NCBI GenBank assembly: GCA_964421755.1
Contig: CAYQYP010000460.1
Span: 17,487 to 81,486, forward strand
DNA length: 64,000 bases
Direction: 5' to 3'
DNA from: an uncultured Acidobacteriota bacterium
GTDB lineage: Bacteria > Acidobacteriota > UBA6911 > RPQK01
A program made the translations under genes and the position numbers. Under the pieces are notes generated by a model that was given only the letters and a program-made list of their open reading frames with translations, ran no database searches and was not told where the DNA came from. Below are positions 9,802 to 20,333 of this stretch, in pieces (the first letter of the stretch is position 1; each line of letters begins with the position of its first letter).

Positions 9802-12645
9802 CTACTTCAGCACTTTCCTCAAAAACGCCGCCGTATGGGATCCCTCGGCCCGTACCAGCGCCTCAGGCGGGCCTTCCGCGATCACTTGGCCGCCGGCGTC
9901 GCCGCCTTCCGGTCCCAGATCGATGATCCAGTCGGCGCACTTGATCACATCCAGGTTATGTTCGATCACGATGACCGTCCCACCCTGCTCGATCAACCGA
10001 TCGAAAGCGCGAATGAGCTTCTGGATGTCATCGAAATGAAGGCCAGTCGTCGGTTCGTCAAAGATGAACAGCGGGCGGGCCGATGTCGGCTTGAGCAGAA
10101 AAGAGGCCAACTTGATTCGTTGTGCTTCGCCACCGGACAAGGTGCTGGCCGGCTGGCCGAGCCTGAGATATCCGAGCCCGATGTCCTGCAAGATCTTCAG
10201 TTTCCGGACAAGGGCCGGGCTCGACTTGAAGAAGCTCAACGCCTCGTGAACGGTGAGGTCCAGCACGGCTGCGATGTTTCTACCCTTGTAGGTGATCTCG
10301 AGGATCTTACTCTTGAACCGCTTCCCCTTGCAGTCCTCGCACACCAGTTCCACGTCCGCAAGGAACTGCATTTCAATCGTGACGAGCCCCGACCCCTGGC
10401 AAGTCTCGCACCGCCCGCCAGGGATGTTGAAGGAAAAATGCCCGGGGCCGAGATTGTGCGCTTTTGCCTCACGGGTTGCCGCGAACAGCTGCCTGATATC
10501 GTCAAAAGCCTTGATATAGGTCACCGGGTTGGAGCGGGGGGTCTTGCCAATGGGACTCTGGTCGACCATCACAACATCCGTCAGCCGCTCCCATCCCTCG
10601 ATGCTGTCGTGCTCGCCGACCGCTTCGTTGGCGATTCCTTTCAGCCGCCGCAGTCCGGGGAACAGCACCTCCTGGACCAGCGTGGACTTGCCCGATCCGG
10701 AAACGCCGGTGATGCACGTGAGCGCGCCGAACGGGATCCGTACGTTGATATGCTTCAGGTTGTGTTGACTGGCCCCGCGCACAACCAGTGCCTGTCCCGA
10801 AGTCTGACGACGAAAAACCGGAGTTGGAATCTTCAGCCTGTCAGCCAGGTACTTACCAGTCAGCGATTGCTCGTGTACGAGCAGTTCAGCGAGCTTTCCG
10901 CTGAAAACGACATGGCCCCCAAGTTCACCGGCGCCGGGTCCAAGGTCCACGATATGGTCGGCCGACTGGATCATCTCCTTTTCGTGTTCGACGACCACGA
11001 CGGTGTTCCCGAGGTCCCGCAGGTGTTTGAGGATGTTGATCAGGCGCTGCTCATCCCGCGGATGAAGACCAATCGAAGGCTCGTCCAGAATGTAGAGGGT
11101 CCCGACCAGCGAGGAGGCAAGCGAAGCGGCAAGCTGAATCCTCTGCATCTCGCCCCCGCTGAGGCTGGAAGTCAGCCGATCGAGGGTCAGGTACTCAAGT
11201 CCGACCTTGATCAGGAAGTCAAGGCGTTGCCGGATCTCGATCAGGAGACGGTGGGCAACCGTCTCGTCGGTCGTGCTCAAGGCTAGTTTTTCGAAGAACT
11301 CGTGGACGTCCGCAACCGGGCGGGTCGTCAATTCGGTGATTCGTCTGCCGCCGATGTAGACGTCACGCGCTTCCCGGCATAGCCGCTCCCCGTTACAGTC
11401 TGGGCATCGTGTGTAGCCCCTGTAGCGACTGATGAAGATCCGGACATGCATCTTGTACTTCTTGCGTTCCAGGTAGCGGAAGAAGCCCCGGACACCCGGG
11501 AAACCCTTACATCCCTCCCAAACCTCCTGCCGGAATTTCTCCGGCAGGTCCTCATAGGGGACGTCCAGAGGCACCTTCCGGCTCTCGGCAAATGCGATCA
11601 GGCGACGCTGGAAGCGGCGGTACTTCGGCTTGGTGAATGGGTCGACCGGCCCCTGGTCGAGGGTGCGGCGCGGAGCGGCGATCACGAGGTCCTGGTCGAT
11701 CGCGACCGTATTGCCAAACCCTTGGCAGGTCGGGCAGGCACCGAAAGGATTGTTGAATGAAAACAGCCTCGGCTCGGGGGGCCGGTAAGAGATCCCGCAG
11801 TACTGGCACTCGAGTCGCTCGCTGAAACGAAGTCTCTCGCCGGGTGCGCCGTCCTCTGCCGGCAGGATGAGCGCTTCGCACACACCGTTTCCCTCCCGGT
11901 AACAGGTGTCGACGGAGTCGGCCAGGCGCTCTCGGATGTCTTCTCCGGTCACTGCAATGCGGTCGACCAGTACGTTCGCCGTCTGGAGCCGGGCGATCGC
12001 GTCCTTCCCCAGTTCCGTGATCTGAACGACCGGGAAGTCGGAGGCTTGCGAGTCAACGAGACGATGGAACCCCTGCTTCAGCAGGTTTTCAAGGATATGC
12101 GCCTCGGTGAGGGTCCTCCCCTCCACTTCACCACTCAAATCGAGCAAGCTCCCGGAGTATGGGAACGAAAGATACAAACGGGTCCCGGAGGGGAGAGCAC
12201 TGAGCCGGTCCACCGTCTGATCAAGTGTGTCCTTCTGAACGATCCGCTGGCACTGCCGGCAGATGATGATGCCAACCCGCGAGTACAGAAGCCGCAGATA
12301 ATCGTAAATCTCAGTCACGGTCCCGACCGTGGAGCGCGGGTTTCGGGACCCGTTCTTCTGCCGTATGGCGATCGCCGGGCTGATTCCGGCTATTTCGTCG
12401 ACCAGTGGCTTGCTGATCCGCTCCAGGAACTGCCTGGCGTACGCGGACAGCGATTCCACATACCGTCTTTGGCCTTCGGCATAGAGGGTGTCAAAGGCCA
12501 GGCTGGATTTGCCCGACCCGCTGACCCCGGTGATCACCGTGAGCTGATTTGAGGGGATCGACACGTCGACGTCCTTCAGATTGTTCTGTCTGGCGCCACG
12601 AATCGTAATCGATTCCCTAGGTTGTTCCGGCTCGCCCATAGTCAA
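9802..12645 (-). CDS. uvrA: Excinuclease ABC subunit A
   Basis: 947 aa; two ABC ATPase modules ([20 protein letters not shown]), zinc-finger cysteines, LSGGE signatures. Confidence 0.95.
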   Translation of the reverse strand: MTMGEPEQPRESITIRGARQNNLKDVDVSIPSNQLTVITGVSGSGKSSLAFDTLYAEGQRRYVESLSAYARQFLERISKPLVDEIAGISPAIAIRQKNGSRNPRSTVGTVTEIYDYLRLLYSRVGIIICRQCQRIVQKDTLDQTVDRLSALPSGTRLYLSFPYSGSLLDLSGEVEGRTLTEAHILENLLKQGFHRLVDSQASDFPVVQITELGKDAIARLQTANVLVDRIAVTGEDIRERLADSVDTCYREGNGVCEALILPAEDGAPGERLRFSERLECQYCGISYRPPEPRLFSFNNPFGACPTCQGFGNTVAIDQDLVIAAPRRTLDQGPVDPFTKPKYRRFQRRLIAFAESRKVPLDVPYEDLPEKFRQEVWEGCKGFPGVRGFFRYLERKKYKMHVRIFISRYRGYTRCPDCNGERLCREARDVYIGGRRITELTTRPVADVHEFFEKLALSTTDETVAHRLLIEIRQRLDFLIKVGLEYLTLDRLTSSLSGGEMQRIQLAASLASSLVGTLYILDEPSIGLHPRDEQRLINILKHLRDLGNTVVVVEHEKEMIQSADHIVDLGPGAGELGGHVVFSGKLAELLVHEQSLTGKYLADRLKIPTPVFRRQTSGQALVVRGASQHNLKHINVRIPFGALTCITGVSGSGKSTLVQEVLFPGLRRLKGIANEAVGEHDSIEGWERLTDVVMVDQSPIGKTPRSNPVTYIKAFDDIRQLFAATREAKAHNLGPGHFSFNIPGGRCETCQGSGLVTIEMQFLADVELVCEDCKGKRFKSKILEITYKGRNIAAVLDLTVHEALSFFKSSPALVRKLKILQDIGLGYLRLGQPASTLSGGEAQRIKLASFLLKPTSARPLFIFDEPTTGLHFDDIQKLIRAFDRLIEQGGTVIVIEHNLDVIKCADWIIDLGPEGGDAGGQVIAEGPPEALVRAEGSHTAAFLRKVLK

Positions 12646-12689
12646 AATTGGCAGTCTACCACAAAGAACGGCGTGCTATATTTGACGCA

Positions 12690-13661
12690 ATGAGGATCAA
12701 ACGCGTTGATCCTCCTGCCGCCCTTCCAGGAGGAGTCGTCCGGGTACAGCTCGAGGGGCTGGAAGACCCCCGAGGGCTCCGGGTTGAGATCGGCGAAGCG
12801 GAGGCGGAGTGCGTCGGCGCGTCACCGACCGCCCTGACGGTCCGTGTTCCTTACGAAACGAGCAAGGAAGGAATCCGCGTATACGCTGGTGAGCAGCAGG
12901 CGCGCGCCCGGTTTCGCGTCGGTCAGCTGATCGCGGGAGAGCTGCATTCAGTGGCGAATCCGGTTGTCGATGCTGAAGGCATGATTTACTGCACCTACAG
13001 CGGGACGCGCGGCGAGAAGGTTCCCTTTAGCGTCTACGCTGTCGACGGAGAAGGCGAAAAGCAGCCGTTTCTGGCCGACATCACCAACGCGACCAGCCTC
13101 GTCATCGGTCCAGATCAACAGCTATACATCAGCAGTCGCCACACCGGCGTGGTCTACCGGTCAACCTTCGACAAGCAGGTTGAGAAGTATGCCGAAGGGC
13201 TCGGGATCGCGACCGGCCTGGCCTTCGATTCCAAGGGCAACCTGTTCGTCGGCGATCGCGGAGGTTACATACACCGGGTGACACCGGGACGGGAGGCCGC
13301 CGTTTTCTGTGAGTTGGAGCCGAGCGTTTCCGCGTATCACCTGGCGGTTGATAGTGAGGACGTGCTCTACGTTAGCGGTCCCACACTTTCGAGCCAGGAT
13401 TCCATTTATCGAATCGGTCCGTCCGGCCGGCCGCAGGTGTTTTTCAGGGGCTTCGGGAGACCGCAGGGGCTGACCTTCGACCACGCCGGCAACCTGCAGG
13501 TCGTCGCCTCGTATAAAGGTAAAAAAGGTATCTACACCTTTAAGAACGGAGAACCCCGGCTGACGGTGGCTGCTCCAATGCTCGTCGGCCTCGCCTACAA
13601 CGCCGACAAGTCGGTGTTGTACGCGGTCGACAGCGCGAATCTGTATCGGTTTGAGATGTAA
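12690..13661 (+). CDS. Hypothetical beta-propeller (NHL/SMP-30-like repeat) protein; start uncertain
   Basis: Track ORF 12648..13661 would leave no space from the divergent uvrA start, so I use the in-frame ATG at 12690; repeated ~40-aa blades with hydrophobic-G-D motifs (LFVGDRGG, LYVSGP, LQVVAS). Confidence 0.45.
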   Translation: MRIKRVDPPAALPGGVVRVQLEGLEDPRGLRVEIGEAEAECVGASPTALTVRVPYETSKEGIRVYAGEQQARARFRVGQLIAGELHSVANPVVDAEGMIYCTYSGTRGEKVPFSVYAVDGEGEKQPFLADITNATSLVIGPDQQLYISSRHTGVVYRSTFDKQVEKYAEGLGIATGLAFDSKGNLFVGDRGGYIHRVTPGREAAVFCELEPSVSAYHLAVDSEDVLYVSGPTLSSQDSIYRIGPSGRPQVFFRGFGRPQGLTFDHAGNLQVVASYKGKKGIYTFKNGEPRLTVAAPMLVGLAYNADKSVLYAVDSANLYRFEM

Positions 13662-13731
13662 ACTGCCCACTGCCCACTGCCCACTACCCACTGCTCTGGT
13701 CAGCCGGTCAGCTGGTCAGCCGGTCAGCTGG
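13662..13731. repeat. Tandem heptamer (CCCACTG)x4 followed by octamer (GGTCAGCY)x4, starting right after a stop codon
   Basis: ctgcccactgcccactgcccactacccactg then ggtcagccggtcagctggtcagccggtcagctgg; the far end overlaps the last codons of the convergent 13724..14881 gene. Confidence 0.8.
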
Positions 13732-14881
13732 ACACCGACCTCAGCACTTCCCACCCGATGCGTGGCAGCTTCTTCAGTAGTTTCAGCTTGACCGCGACAT
13801 AACCGATCTCGCCAGCGATCAGGTCGTTCTGGATCTGGCGAACGCTGGAGCTGCGCTCGGTGAACTGCAGCATCCGGTTGATCACGGTGTCACCCATGAA
13901 ACGGCCTGAATAAAAGCGGTCGCGAAAGCGCGCCGCCCGCAGAAGTTCCTCGCCAAAATCCTTTCGCCAGGCAGTCGAGTAATCCAGTGGACGGGCGTCG
14001 ATCAGGCAGTCGGCCAGCAGGTCGGCCGACCGCATGGCGTACCAGATCCCCTCAGCGGTTATTGGGTCTGCAAACCCCGCCGCATCACCGACGAGGGCCC
14101 ACCCATCGCCGGATACACGCAGATCGCGGAGGGTAGCCTCGGTCAGCGTCGGGACCGGGGCTGAGTAACCGGCGAACTGCGAGGCATCCTGCCGACCGAA
14201 CAAGTCGAACAGGTAACGATCCAACCTCTCGCGCATTTCGCGGGAGGAGAGGTGTCTGTACACCGTGATGAGACCCACGGAGACGTGGTCCGTCCTGGGG
14301 AAAGCCCACAGATAGCCGATAAGATCCGGGTCCATGAAGCGGATATGAATGGAGTCCTGCGGTTCAGTCCGCGGCACATAGTATCCCAGGGTGGCAGACA
14401 GGTCAGCGGGAGCGAAGCGCGGTCCCATGCGTCTTCGAACGCTGCTCGTTGCCCCGTCTGCACCGACCAGAAACTCCCCGTTCCGCGAGCTGCCCGCGTC
14501 TCCCTGGACCACCCACTGACCGCCGGAGACCCGTTCAAAGTGCACCGCGCGCTCGTCGATTAGCTCAGCGCCCGTCGCCACTGCCAGGTCCAGGAGCAGG
14601 CCGTCCAACTCCCTCCGGCTGTAGATCCAGATCGGACGGTCGAGTTGGAGGACCGCCCGCCGGCCACTCGACTGGTATTCGATTCGGTGGATCTGGTTGT
14701 GCGCAACGCCGGCCGAAGGAAACAGGGGATAACGGCTGATGACCTTGGGGGTACAGCCTCCTCCACACGGCTTCTCCCGGCTCCGGTCCTTCTGAAAAAT
14801 TGAGACAGGCATGCCCGAATTCGCCAGCCTGTAGCCGAGGAAACTGCCCGCCACCCCTGCCCCGATGATGACCACGCGCAC
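13724..14881 (-). CDS. Geranylgeranyl reductase-family FAD-dependent oxidoreductase
   Basis: VVIIGAGVAGSFL Rossmann motif plus KPCGGG motif typical of the TIGR02032 family. Confidence 0.7.
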   Translation of the reverse strand: MRVVIIGAGVAGSFLGYRLANSGMPVSIFQKDRSREKPCGGGCTPKVISRYPLFPSAGVAHNQIHRIEYQSSGRRAVLQLDRPIWIYSRRELDGLLLDLAVATGAELIDERAVHFERVSGGQWVVQGDAGSSRNGEFLVGADGATSSVRRRMGPRFAPADLSATLGYYVPRTEPQDSIHIRFMDPDLIGYLWAFPRTDHVSVGLITVYRHLSSREMRERLDRYLFDLFGRQDASQFAGYSAPVPTLTEATLRDLRVSGDGWALVGDAAGFADPITAEGIWYAMRSADLLADCLIDARPLDYSTAWRKDFGEELLRAARFRDRFYSGRFMGDTVINRMLQFTERSSSVRQIQNDLIAGEIGYVAVKLKLLKKLPRIGWEVLRSVSS

Positions 14882-14907
14882 TGTGCTATTATAACCAGCT
14901 TCAATCC

Positions 14908-16020
14908 ATGCCCTTGAGCTTCACCGTTACCCATCGCGACGAAAACACCCACGCCCGTTGCGGGGTTCTGACAACCGATCGAGGGCGCGTTGAGACACCG
15001 GTATTCATGCCGGTCGGAACCGCCGGGGCGGTCAAAGCCATGCCCCAGAACTGGCTCGAAGACCTGGATGCCGGCATCATACTCGCGAATACCTATCACC
15101 TGTATCTGCGTCCCGGCGAGGAGGTCATCCGCCAGTTCTCCGGTCTCCATCGGTTCATGTCCTGGGACCGGCTGATCTTGACCGACAGCGGCGGCTACCA
15201 GGTCCTGAGCCACGAGGCCCTGCGAAAACTGGTTGAAGACGGGGTCGAGTTCCGATCGCATCTGGACGGCAGCACGCATTTCTTCACCCCGGAAAAGGCC
15301 ATCGCGATCCAGCAGACGCTTGGCTCCGACATCATCATGGCGTTTGACGATTGCACCCGCTACCCGGTCACGCAGCACGAGGCGGGCGAATCGATGCGCC
15401 GCTCGATGCGCTGGGCGGAACGATGTCGCACAGTTCATGAAGACGGGGCGCAGACGCTGTTCGGGATCGTTCAGGGCGGCGTCTTTCCCGAGCTGCGCGC
15501 CGAGAGCCTGGATCGTTTACAGGAGATCGGCTTCGGCGGCTATGCGCTCGGCGGACTGAGTGTGGGGGAGCCAAAAGCCTTGATGTACGAGATAGTTGCA
15601 GCCGTCGCCCCGACGATGCCCGAAACCCCGCGCTACGTGATGGGAGTCGGTACCCCGCTTGACCTTATCTGCTGCATCAAGCAGGGGGTGGACATGTTCG
15701 ACTGCGTCCTGCCGACTCGAAACGCCCGGAACGGTACGCTTTACACCTCGCGTGGTAAAATCAGCATCAAGAACGCACGCTTCAGGACGGATCAGGGACC
15801 GATCGATCCGGACTGCGGCTGCTTCGTTTGCCGTCGATACTCGAGGGCGTATCTGCGCCACCTGTTCGTGTCCGGCGAGATCACGGCGAGTCTCTTCAAC
15901 ACGTTCCACAACCTCTATTTTTACCTTGACTTAATGGGCAGAGTCCGCCAGAGTATCCGGCTTAATTCGTTGCTGGATTTCGAGCGCACTTTTCTTGAGT
16001 TCTATACTGCACCAGACTGA
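14908..16020 (+). CDS. tgt: Queuine tRNA-ribosyltransferase
   Basis: 370 aa; GVLTTDRGRVETPVFMPVGT, zinc site CxCxxC...H (CGCFVCRRYSRAYLRH). Confidence 0.9.
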   Translation: MPLSFTVTHRDENTHARCGVLTTDRGRVETPVFMPVGTAGAVKAMPQNWLEDLDAGIILANTYHLYLRPGEEVIRQFSGLHRFMSWDRLILTDSGGYQVLSHEALRKLVEDGVEFRSHLDGSTHFFTPEKAIAIQQTLGSDIIMAFDDCTRYPVTQHEAGESMRRSMRWAERCRTVHEDGAQTLFGIVQGGVFPELRAESLDRLQEIGFGGYALGGLSVGEPKALMYEIVAAVAPTMPETPRYVMGVGTPLDLICCIKQGVDMFDCVLPTRNARNGTLYTSRGKISIKNARFRTDQGPIDPDCGCFVCRRYSRAYLRHLFVSGEITASLFNTFHNLYFYLDLMGRVRQSIRLNSLLDFERTFLEFYTAPD

Positions 16021-16073
16021 AATTTGATATACTCCGCACTTTCTCTTTACGCGGAAACTGGAATTAAGTCACC

Positions 16074-16388
16074 ATGATTCAGACGGTTCTGGCACAGCAA
16101 AATCCTTCAGCGGGTTTGATGGGATTCCTGCCCATTATCCTGATCGTCCTGATCTTCTACGCGCTGATCTATCGGCCGATGAAGAAGAGGCAACGAGCCC
16201 AGGATGAGATGATCAACAATCTGAAGAATGGGGATAAGGTAATCACCAGCGGCGGCATATACGGGACGGTTGCAGGCTTGCAGGACCACACGCTGGTTTT
16301 GAAGGTGGCCGATCAGGTCAAGATTGTGGTGGCCAAGAGTGCCATTGCGTCTCTTCAGCCCTCCCCGACTGATCCCGCGGCAAAGTGA
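16074..16388 (+). CDS. yajC: Preprotein translocase subunit YajC
   Basis: 104 aa; TM segment plus YRPMKKRQ and GDKVITSGGIYGTV motifs. Confidence 0.85.
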   Translation: MIQTVLAQQNPSAGLMGFLPIILIVLIFYALIYRPMKKRQRAQDEMINNLKNGDKVITSGGIYGTVAGLQDHTLVLKVADQVKIVVAKSAIASLQPSPTDPAAK

Positions 16389-16421
16389 TCCCAGGAAAGT
16401 CTTTCAGATAAGAAAGAAGAA

Positions 16422-18008
16422 GTGATGAGAAAGAACGTCAAATTGCGAGCTGTAATTGTGTTGGCGGTGATCGCCGTTTGCGTCTACCTGTTTTACCCGC
16501 CTGCCGACAAGATCAATCTGGGATTGGACTTACGGGGAGGCATCCACTTGGTCCTGCAGGTGAAGACAGAGGAAGCGATTCTGGCCGAAGTCCAGCAGAC
16601 CCGGGACCGGATCGACGCTGACCTGCGCGAAAAGGAAATCGTCTACAACGAGAGCCGGGTCAACCAGAACAACGAAATCGAGATCCTCGGCGTTCCTCAG
16701 GAATCGCAGTCCGCGGTCGAGCAATATATCCGGGACTTCAGCGACTACAGCTACCAGACCCGGTTCAGCGGCACTCAGGTCGATTTTGTCATGCGGATGC
16801 AGCCGGCCGCGCGCAAATTCCTGGCCGAGCAGACCGTCCGCCAGGCCCGGGAGACAATCGCCAATCGTATCGACCAGTTTGGGGTGTCGGAACCAACGAT
16901 CACGGTTTACGGCAGTGGCGACATCAAGGACCAGATTATTGTTGAGCTGCCGGGCGTGGATGATCCTGGTCGCATAATTGAGCTCATAAAGGGTGTTGCC
17001 AAGCTTGAGCTGAGACTTGCCCATCCCGAGAAGCCCGGCCCTTACTCCTCCCGTGAAAACGCAGTGCAGGCTTTCCAGAACCAGATTCCGCCCGAGTACG
17101 AGATCCTGCCCTACCGGGATACGGACGAGACGGGCGGCCAGGCGATGTTCATGGTCGTTCGCCGCGCCCCCTCGATCACCGGGCGGCACATGAAGAATGC
17201 CAGGAGGAGCCAGGACACTTTTACCGGCCGTTCGGAGGTCGTTTTCTTCCTCAGCACGGAGGGAGTCGATCTGTTCACCCGGACGACCGAGGTCAACGTC
17301 GGGAATCGCCTGGCCATCGTGCTGGATGGGGAGATCCGTTCCGCCCCGAACATCAAGGAACGCATCTCGACGGATTCGGCCAGCATCGAGGGAAACTTCA
17401 CTAACGAACAGGCCGAAGATCTCGCACTGATCCTGCGCTCGGGAGCTCTGCCTGCAGGAATCACGATCCTGGAAAACCGGATTGTGGGGCCATCCCTCGG
17501 ACTCGACTCGATCAAGAGCGGAGTGGCCGCCTCGATCGCGGGTCTCGCGCTGGTCCTTCTCGGAATGGTGGTCGTCTACAGGCTTTCGGGTCTGAACGCG
17601 ATCTTCGCACTGCTCATCAACGTTCTCATTCTTTTTGGTGTCCTCGGGTACTTCAACGCGACGCTCACCCTGCCGGGTATCGCCGGCATCATCCTGACCA
17701 TCGGTATGGCGGTCGACGCCAACGTGCTCATTTTTGAAAGGATCAAAGAGGAGCTGCGGCTGGGGAAGACCGTCCGAAGTGCAATAGACGCCGGGTTTTC
17801 CCGGGTCTTCATCACGATCCTCGACACGAACATCACGACGCTGATCGCCGCCCTTTTCCTGTTCCAGTTCGGTACCGGGCCGATCCGCGGTTTCGCGATC
17901 ACCCTGGCTGTCGGCTTAATTGCCAACGTCTTTGCGGCGACCTTTGTTTCTCGAACGATTTTCGAGCTTTTGCTGCAGAGGCGAGAAGTGGCAAAACTGT
18001 CGATTTAA
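16422..18008 (+). CDS. secD: Protein translocase subunit SecD
   Basis: 528 aa; N-terminal TM, large periplasmic domain, C-terminal 5-TM bundle; tgt-yajC-secD-secF synteny. Confidence 0.9.
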   Translation: MMRKNVKLRAVIVLAVIAVCVYLFYPPADKINLGLDLRGGIHLVLQVKTEEAILAEVQQTRDRIDADLREKEIVYNESRVNQNNEIEILGVPQESQSAVEQYIRDFSDYSYQTRFSGTQVDFVMRMQPAARKFLAEQTVRQARETIANRIDQFGVSEPTITVYGSGDIKDQIIVELPGVDDPGRIIELIKGVAKLELRLAHPEKPGPYSSRENAVQAFQNQIPPEYEILPYRDTDETGGQAMFMVVRRAPSITGRHMKNARRSQDTFTGRSEVVFFLSTEGVDLFTRTTEVNVGNRLAIVLDGEIRSAPNIKERISTDSASIEGNFTNEQAEDLALILRSGALPAGITILENRIVGPSLGLDSIKSGVAASIAGLALVLLGMVVVYRLSGLNAIFALLINVLILFGVLGYFNATLTLPGIAGIILTIGMAVDANVLIFERIKEELRLGKTVRSAIDAGFSRVFITILDTNITTLIAALFLFQFGTGPIRGFAITLAVGLIANVFAATFVSRTIFELLLQRREVAKLSI

Positions 18009-18073
18009 TTATGGAACCAATTCAAGCGGGCGGTTTCTAAATAGACTGCACGCGGGTAGCTTTAGGTACTGGT

Positions 18074-19264
18074 ATGGAAATATTTCCGAACCCGAAAGTG
18101 GACTGGCTGGGCAAGAAATGGATTTTCCTGGCCATCTCGGCCGCCTTGGTCCTGGCTGGTGCGATATCGTTGGCAACCAAGGGACTTAACCTGGGTGTGG
18201 ACTTCACTGGCGGCACGCTCGTCTACGCGAAGTTCAAGCAGGAACCGCAGCTGGATCAAATTCGCGAAGTCCTCGGCAAGGCTGGTCTTCGCCCCGAGGA
18301 AGTGACCCGTTTTGATGACCCGAGTGAAAACCAGGTCCAGATCCGGATGGCGAGAAAGGCTGCCGAACAGGGCGGAGATCTGACCGGGGAATCGAACAAA
18401 ATCTTCCAAGCTCTGCAACAGCACTATGATTCGAACGCGGCCAAGAGCGGTCAATTTGACCTCAATAATATTTCAAGGTCCGTGCTTGCGATGCGACTGC
18501 AGGAACTGGACCCCGAACGGCTGCGCAGCAAACTGACGGTCGCCGAATACGCCAGCCACTACGAAAGACTTGCAGAACAGATCGTCGATTACCGGAACAA
18601 CCAGGGAGGGGTGCTGCAGAATCACCAGCAACTCTCGCAGGCTGGAATTCCCAACCCGGTAATTGGCGCGCTGCAGAGTAACTCCTATCTCGGTAGTTTC
18701 ACGCTGATCAGCGTCGAGAGCGTAGGTCCGAAAGTCGGCGACGAGCTCAAGAAACGGGCGCGAGACGCGATCATTTTCTCCCTGATTGGGATGTTGATCT
18801 ACATCGCGTTCCGGTTCAGGCCGATCTACGGCGTCGCGGGCGTCATAGCCCTGTTCCACGACGTCTTCATAACCGTGGGACTGTTCTCCTTAACGGGCAA
18901 GGAAATCAGCCTCAATGTGGTCGCCGCCCTCCTCACACTGGTCGGGTACTCGATCAACGACACGATCGTTATTTTCGACCGCGTCCGCGAGAACGTGCGG
19001 AACATGCGGCGTGCGGACTTGGGCACGATCATCAACCTGAGCGTCAATCAAACCCTCAATCGCACAATCTTGACGTCGGGATTTACCTTCCTGGCCGTCA
19101 TGGCCTTGTACTTGTTCGGTGGAGAGGTGCTGAATGGTTTTGCTTTTGCCCTGGTTATCGGGATTATAATCGGCTGCTACTCGACCCTGGCGATCGCTAG
19201 CCCGGTTGTGCTGTGGTGGCAGCTGTGGTCGGAGAAGCGCAAGGCGGCCAAGAACGCCGCCTGA
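18074..19264 (+). CDS. secF: Protein translocase subunit SecF (with ~100-aa extended periplasmic region)
   Basis: 396 aa; C-terminal TM bundle homologous to SecD. Confidence 0.85.
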   Translation: MEIFPNPKVDWLGKKWIFLAISAALVLAGAISLATKGLNLGVDFTGGTLVYAKFKQEPQLDQIREVLGKAGLRPEEVTRFDDPSENQVQIRMARKAAEQGGDLTGESNKIFQALQQHYDSNAAKSGQFDLNNISRSVLAMRLQELDPERLRSKLTVAEYASHYERLAEQIVDYRNNQGGVLQNHQQLSQAGIPNPVIGALQSNSYLGSFTLISVESVGPKVGDELKKRARDAIIFSLIGMLIYIAFRFRPIYGVAGVIALFHDVFITVGLFSLTGKEISLNVVAALLTLVGYSINDTIVIFDRVRENVRNMRRADLGTIINLSVNQTLNRTILTSGFTFLAVMALYLFGGEVLNGFAFALVIGIIIGCYSTLAIASPVVLWWQLWSEKRKAAKNAA

Positions 19265-19448
19265 CAGTGTTTGACGTCACGTACTAATGGTTCTAAGTTT
19301 AATGGTAACAGCTATCCTAGGAGGTTTCGGAAATCGTGATCTTACCTTGGCTCAGCCAGGCGGCGGACCCCGATTCGCCACCGAACTGGACGTGCTGGCC
19401 TGTTATCTTCAGTTGACCCAGTCAAGGTAGAAAGGAAGAGGGAGACAG

Positions 19449-20216
19449 ATGTTTGAGAACCTGATCGAATCCGCACCAAGTCGTGCCGGCCGGTCAAAAA
19501 GCACCCTGTTCGTATCCCTGTTAGTACACGCCATCGCCATTTCGATCCTGATCCTCATCCCGTTGATCTACTATCAGGGGTTACCCGAACAAGAGTTGCT
19601 GACTTATTTGGCCCCGCCGCCACCGCCGCCGCCACCACCGCCGCCGCCACCACCGCCAGCTCCCGCGCAGATGGCGCCGCAAAAAGTGACGGTCGTGAAA
19701 ATGGACGCGTCCAAATTCCAGGCGCCGACGGAAATTCCCAAAGAGATTCCGCCGCCGATGGAGGACGTGCCTGAGTACTCGAGCGTTGCCGGCAACGTCG
19801 GAGGCGTGCCGGGAGGCGTACCGGGAGGCGTCGTCGGAGGCGTACCGGGAGGTGTCACCGGAGGTGTCCTCGGAGGCGTGCCGAAATCGGCTGCCCCGCC
19901 ACCGCCACCCCCGCCGTCCCGAAAGAAGGACCCCGTCAAGGTGGGGGGAAATGTCCAGGCCTCGAAGCTCATCCACCGCGTGGAACCGGATTACCCCGAG
20001 CTCGCCAAGCGGGCGCGCGTGCAGGGCATAGTCCTGCTGAAGGTCACGGTGGACGAGTCAGGCAACGTTGCTAACATCGAGCTGGTCCGCGGTCACCCGC
20101 TGTTGACCCAGGCGGCCATGGATGCGGTGCGACAGTGGAAATACTCGCCAACCATCCTGAACAATGAACCGGTCCCGGTCATCGCGACCGTGACGGTCAA
20201 TTTCGTATTGCGGTAG
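19449..20216 (+). CDS. tonB: Energy transducer TonB with poly-Pro and (GGVPG)n linker
   Basis: N-terminal TM, P15 run, VPGGV pentapeptide repeats, C-terminal TonB domain (VEPDYPELAKRARVQGIVLLKVTVDESGNV...). Confidence 0.8.
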   Translation: MFENLIESAPSRAGRSKSTLFVSLLVHAIAISILILIPLIYYQGLPEQELLTYLAPPPPPPPPPPPPPPPAPAQMAPQKVTVVKMDASKFQAPTEIPKEIPPPMEDVPEYSSVAGNVGGVPGGVPGGVVGGVPGGVTGGVLGGVPKSAAPPPPPPPSRKKDPVKVGGNVQASKLIHRVEPDYPELAKRARVQGIVLLKVTVDESGNVANIELVRGHPLLTQAAMDAVRQWKYSPTILNNEPVPVIATVTVNFVLR

Positions 20217-20252
20217 TCCGAAGTATGTCACGGCGACTGACCGTGCAGGGTG

Positions 20253-20280
20253 CGCGGGGCTTATCCCCGCGCGCGTTTTG
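20253..20280 (+). terminator. Hairpin GCGCGGGG-CTTAT-CCCCGCGC + GTTTTG between tonB and exbB (terminator or attenuator)
   Basis: 8-bp GC stem followed by a short T-run. Confidence 0.4.
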
Positions 20281-20333
20281 ACAATGGAATTTGAATGCAA
20301 GAACTATTCATCCTTCAGGGGAGGTAGAACATT

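Noticed and set aside
12640-12700. LexA/SOS box search upstream of uvrA and recA
   Set aside because: No clear palindrome matching a known LexA consensus (CTGT-N8-ACAG, GAAC-N4-GTTC, GTTC-N7-GTTC) could be read. GACAACTTAACTGTC upstream of recA is not a true palindrome.
19581-19976. Poly-Gly/Arg ORFs antisense to tonB
   Set aside because: Mirror image of the TonB poly-Pro/GGVPG linker, so they are artefacts.
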